Positions 8,489-10,855 of a DNA stretch of 10,855 bases are shown here, in pieces. Below the pieces are notes generated by a model. That model was not told the origin of the DNA. It did not search any database and was given only the letters and a program-made list of their open reading frames with translations. The DNA lies in NCBI GenBank assembly GCA_046757165.1, contig JBHHXT010000167.1, positions 1 to 10,855 on the forward strand, read 5' to 3'. Each line of letters opens with the position of its first letter. Within the stretch, counting starts at the first letter, position 1. The translations under genes were made by a program, and so were the position numbers. The DNA comes from a bacterium. GTDB lineage: Bacteria > Zhuqueibacterota > Zhuqueibacteria > Oceanimicrobiales > Oceanimicrobiaceae.

Positions 8489-10561
8489 TCACTTGTGCTC
8501 CTTTACCTCCACTGCCAGGTCACCACCCATGGTGTACAGAAAACTGAGCGTGCCGTTGATGTCACTCCTGAGAACGTAGCGCTGGCGTTCAGGCCCCCGT
8601 AACCGGATGGTGTACTCTCGGTTCTTGAAAAGATTTGCAATGACAAACTCGCCTTTGCCGAAGCCACCCGTGACAAAAGACACTTTCGATTTGTTCGCCG
8701 ACCATCTGGAGATGTGATGCGACGCCCGCTCCAGGTAGACGGTGTCGGGCTTCGCCTGCACCAGCACGATGACCGCCTCAGACCGCTCGCCGAGATGCAC
8801 GTACAGCACGCCCTGGTGCCGGGTAAACCCGAGCACGTTCGAGGAGCGCTGCAAGTCGGGATAGCGTTCCGTGTCATCGAAGCGAATGGTGCGGCACTGG
8901 CCGAATGACTTGATTTTCCAGGTGTCTTCGCCCAATCTTTCAATCCTGGTGCTATAGAAGCCATTCACCCGGTCGATGTATTCGCTGATGAAAATCGGCG
9001 CAACCTGCCGGGTAATGGTCTCTTCCATCACCTTCTCGAGCGCGTTCAGGGAGGCCCATCTTTCGCCACTATAATAGTGGTAGTAGATGTTGATCGGCTT
9101 GATCCGGACCGGCGTTTCGGTATTCTCGAATGTTTTCAACACATGACGAAACGCGTAGAACGGTCCGCGCCAATCGTTTGTGTAGATGTTTTCATTCGAG
9201 TGCGGGGCATAGATTTGCCGGTACCCCCCGACATCCACACCGAACGGAGCGACATTGGTGTAGGAGGAATTCTGCGGGTCGAAGATGGTGTCGCCACCGT
9301 TGATGTTGCGCAAGTTGCTCAGCTTACACAACCTGACCGCCTCCCGGGTCGGCTGGCAGTTGCCCGTCCAGAAGAACTGTTTCACTTTCTTGCCGGCGGG
9401 CAGCAAGTGGGTGTTGATGTACTTGACCGACCCCACGATTTCCTGCTTCAAGTTGAAGGTGTACCCCGGAATCGGCAGGTGACGGCGCTCGTAGATGTTG
9501 CGGTTCTCTGCGGTGTCCTCCCAATAATAGGGATGCGAATACGCGTGGCTGGCCGGCTCGATCCACTCCAGCTCAAAAATCGAGCGCGCGATATCCAGGA
9601 ATTGGGGGTCTCGCACGACTTCTCCCACGACCACAGAAACCGAAATGGGCCAGCGGTATTTGCGCAGAATCTCGTCGCGGATGACCTCGGCGCAGGTGGC
9701 CTCGGGCCGGGCCTGCGATTTTGAAATGAACGCATCCCCGTCGATGTGGCTGGTCCAGACACGCATGCCGTTGAGCGTGTTTGGATCGGGCTTCGGCAGC
9801 GCTTTCAGGTCGAAGGCCTCGGAGAAAAACCGGAACGGGTCAATCCGCCACTTTCTCTGGAAGGTTTCCTGGTTCTGATAGAGAACATATGGCGCGGCAG
9901 CAAATCCCCCGTGCGGCGTGGTAAACACCAGGTCACTTTCGCTGTTGGCCCGGTCTGTGCGTCTCAACCGCAGGTAGACGCGACTCTTAGGGTGGCGCGC
10001 GCGGTATTTTTCGTAGTGGGTGATCTCGAAGTCCAGCTTGCGCTCGAACTCCACCATGGCCGGGTCTTTGAACGTCAGCTCGATCTTGGTGAGGTCAGTC
10101 GTGCCCTGTACCCCACCGGCGACAAATCCCAACTTTTTGGTAAACGCGTCGAGGGCCGCCTGGCGCACCTGCCGGCCGCTGCGGGCCTCTTTGTGGGCGC
10201 CAAGATTGCCGAGGATGACGAATTTTCGCCCGGCCTCCACCTGTCTCCTGGCCCAGCCGAGATACGCTTCAGGCTCGGACATGGTGTCGGCATAAAACCA
10301 TGTCAGCACGCCCCGGTACCCTGCCATGGTCTTCTCATCCGGCAAGCCCTGCTGAATGTCCCAATACTCGACAAAGCACCCGAGGTAGTTTAGAATCACT
10401 TCTGCGTTGGCATGCACATGGTTGCCGGCCGGCGTCTGGCCGCGGTGGCTGTCATACAACGCCAGAATACGTCGCGACACCGCCTCGCCACGCACATGGG
10501 CTACAGCCGAGAGCACGAGTAGGAGACAGAGTATCCGGAATAGGTGAGATGTTTTTTGCAT
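8489..10561 (-). CDS. pelA: PelA-like polysaccharide de-N-acetylase module lacking the N-terminal hydrolase domain
   Basis: 690 aa. Sec-type signal peptide followed directly by SRRILALYD. Metal/catalytic motifs HIDGD (D274, D276; nt 9734-9748) and SHAYSHPYYW (H339, H343; nt 9533-9547), plus FWTGNC, NGGDT, NENIYT and KPINIYYHYYS as in PelA deacetylase domains. Beta-rich C-terminus. Confidence 0.85.
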   Translation of the reverse strand: MQKTSHLFRILCLLLVLSAVAHVRGEAVSRRILALYDSHRGQTPAGNHVHANAEVILNYLGCFVEYWDIQQGLPDEKTMAGYRGVLTWFYADTMSEPEAYLGWARRQVEAGRKFVILGNLGAHKEARSGRQVRQAALDAFTKKLGFVAGGVQGTTDLTKIELTFKDPAMVEFERKLDFEITHYEKYRARHPKSRVYLRLRRTDRANSESDLVFTTPHGGFAAAPYVLYQNQETFQRKWRIDPFRFFSEAFDLKALPKPDPNTLNGMRVWTSHIDGDAFISKSQARPEATCAEVIRDEILRKYRWPISVSVVVGEVVRDPQFLDIARSIFELEWIEPASHAYSHPYYWEDTAENRNIYERRHLPIPGYTFNLKQEIVGSVKYINTHLLPAGKKVKQFFWTGNCQPTREAVRLCKLSNLRNINGGDTIFDPQNSSYTNVAPFGVDVGGYRQIYAPHSNENIYTNDWRGPFYAFRHVLKTFENTETPVRIKPINIYYHYYSGERWASLNALEKVMEETITRQVAPIFISEYIDRVNGFYSTRIERLGEDTWKIKSFGQCRTIRFDDTERYPDLQRSSNVLGFTRHQGVLYVHLGERSEAVIVLVQAKPDTVYLERASHHISRWSANKSKVSFVTGGFGKGEFVIANLFKNREYTIRLRGPERQRYVLRSDINGTLSFLYTMGGDLAVEVKEHK
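8498..8503 (-). promoter_or_regulatory. Shine-Dalgarno-like AAGGAG for the hydrolase gene, embedded in the 3' end of the deacetylase gene
   Basis: AAGGAG 12 nt upstream of the ATG at 8485. Only 3 nt separate the upstream TGA from this ATG, consistent with translational coupling. Confidence 0.5.
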
Positions 10562-10568
10562 ACCTCGC

Positions 10569-10596
10569 CAACGATATTGACGTTCAACTATCGTTG
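10569..10596. promoter_or_regulatory. Inverted repeat / leader hairpin ending 7 nt upstream of the first start codon
   Basis: CAACGATA-TTGA (10569-10580), loop CGT, TCAA-C-TATCGTTG (10584-10596): 12 bp with one bulged base. Confidence 0.45.
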
Positions 10597-10621
10597 CCTA
10601 ATATCGGCATGTGAGGGGGTT

Positions 10622-10637
10622 TTTAACTTAAGTTAAA
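10622..10637. promoter_or_regulatory. Perfect 16-bp palindrome TTTAACTTAAGTTAAA, candidate transcription-factor operator
   Basis: Exact self-reverse-complement with no spacer, about 60-75 nt upstream of the operon's first ATG, in an AT-rich intergenic region. Confidence 0.5.
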
Positions 10638-10703
10638 TGAATTTAATTTTGGGGGGAGGGGGGTGTGATGATTGTTTGTTCGAGTTGCAAAGTTGATTTT
10701 TCT

Positions 10704-10732
10704 AAATTATTGTGTTTTGGGACAAATTGCAA
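10704..10732 (-). promoter_or_regulatory. Candidate sigma70-type promoter for the operon
   Basis: Minus strand TTGCAA (-35, 10732-10727), 17-nt spacer, TAATTT (-10, 10709-10704, retains TAnnnT). Pattern match only. Confidence 0.35.
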
Positions 10733-10766
10733 GCATTATCGTCTGTTGTGAGATCATGCTTGCAAT
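10726..10766. promoter_or_regulatory. 11-bp perfect inverted repeat (operator, or terminator hairpin of an upstream gene)
   Basis: ATTGCAAGCAT (10726-10736) and ATGCTTGCAAT (10756-10766), extendable inward by ATC/GAT after one mismatch. Only a weak U-run follows on the minus strand. Confidence 0.45.
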
Positions 10767-10797
10767 GCCCATGCTCGCTCACCGTAAGCCGGGAAGT

Positions 10798-10855
10798 CTA
10801 ATCCCCAAAAGACCCAGTAAACTTGATTCCTTCGCCGGTTTGGGTCATAGTGGTG
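10798..10855 (-). CDS. Possible 3' end of an upstream gene (partial, product unknown)
   Basis: Open minus-strand frame from the window edge reading TTMTQTGEGIKFTGSFGD then TAG (10798-10800), followed by a hairpin. Another minus-strand frame is also open over this stretch, so the frame is uncertain. Confidence 0.2.
   Translation of the reverse strand, partial: TTMTQTGEGIKFTGSFGD

Noticed and set aside
8486..8491. Pseudogenised or frameshifted single pelA gene
   Set aside because: Domain order is reversed relative to fused PelA, and each ORF has its own start, signal peptide and intact catalytic motifs.
10567..10582. FleQ-box-like sequence (minus strand GTCAATATCGTTGGC)
   Set aside because: The resemblance to the Pseudomonas FleQ consensus is partial, with different spacing, and nothing shows the host encodes FleQ.
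10562..10855. c-di-GMP riboswitch or sigma54 promoter upstream of the operon
   Set aside because: No recognisable GEMM-type motif and no TGGCAC-N5-TTGC pattern found by eye. An Rfam scan would settle the riboswitch question.

Overview
The window holds a compact minus-strand six-gene operon that looks like a Pel-type (poly-alpha-1,4-GalNAc/GalN) biofilm exopolysaccharide locus from a GC-rich diderm bacterium. Transcription order: PelA-like deacetylase module (690 aa), stand-alone PelA-like glycoside hydrolase with a probable lipoprotein signal (291 aa), PelB-like TPR plus beta-barrel export protein (1111 aa), PelD-like c-di-GMP receptor (483 aa), PelE-like TPR membrane protein (338 aa) and PelF GT4 glycosyltransferase (523 aa). 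It departs from the Pseudomonas pelABCDEFG layout in three ways: PelA is split into two exported proteins in reversed domain order, there is no pelC between pelB and pelD, and pelG does not directly follow pelF (a palindromic REP-like element sits there instead). The AT-rich upstream region (10562-10800) holds a candidate sigma70 promoter whose -35 lies in an 11-bp inverted repeat, a perfect 16-bp palindrome, G homopolymer tracts and a hairpin over the translation initiation region. All assignments come from motif recognition and gene order; no database search was run.
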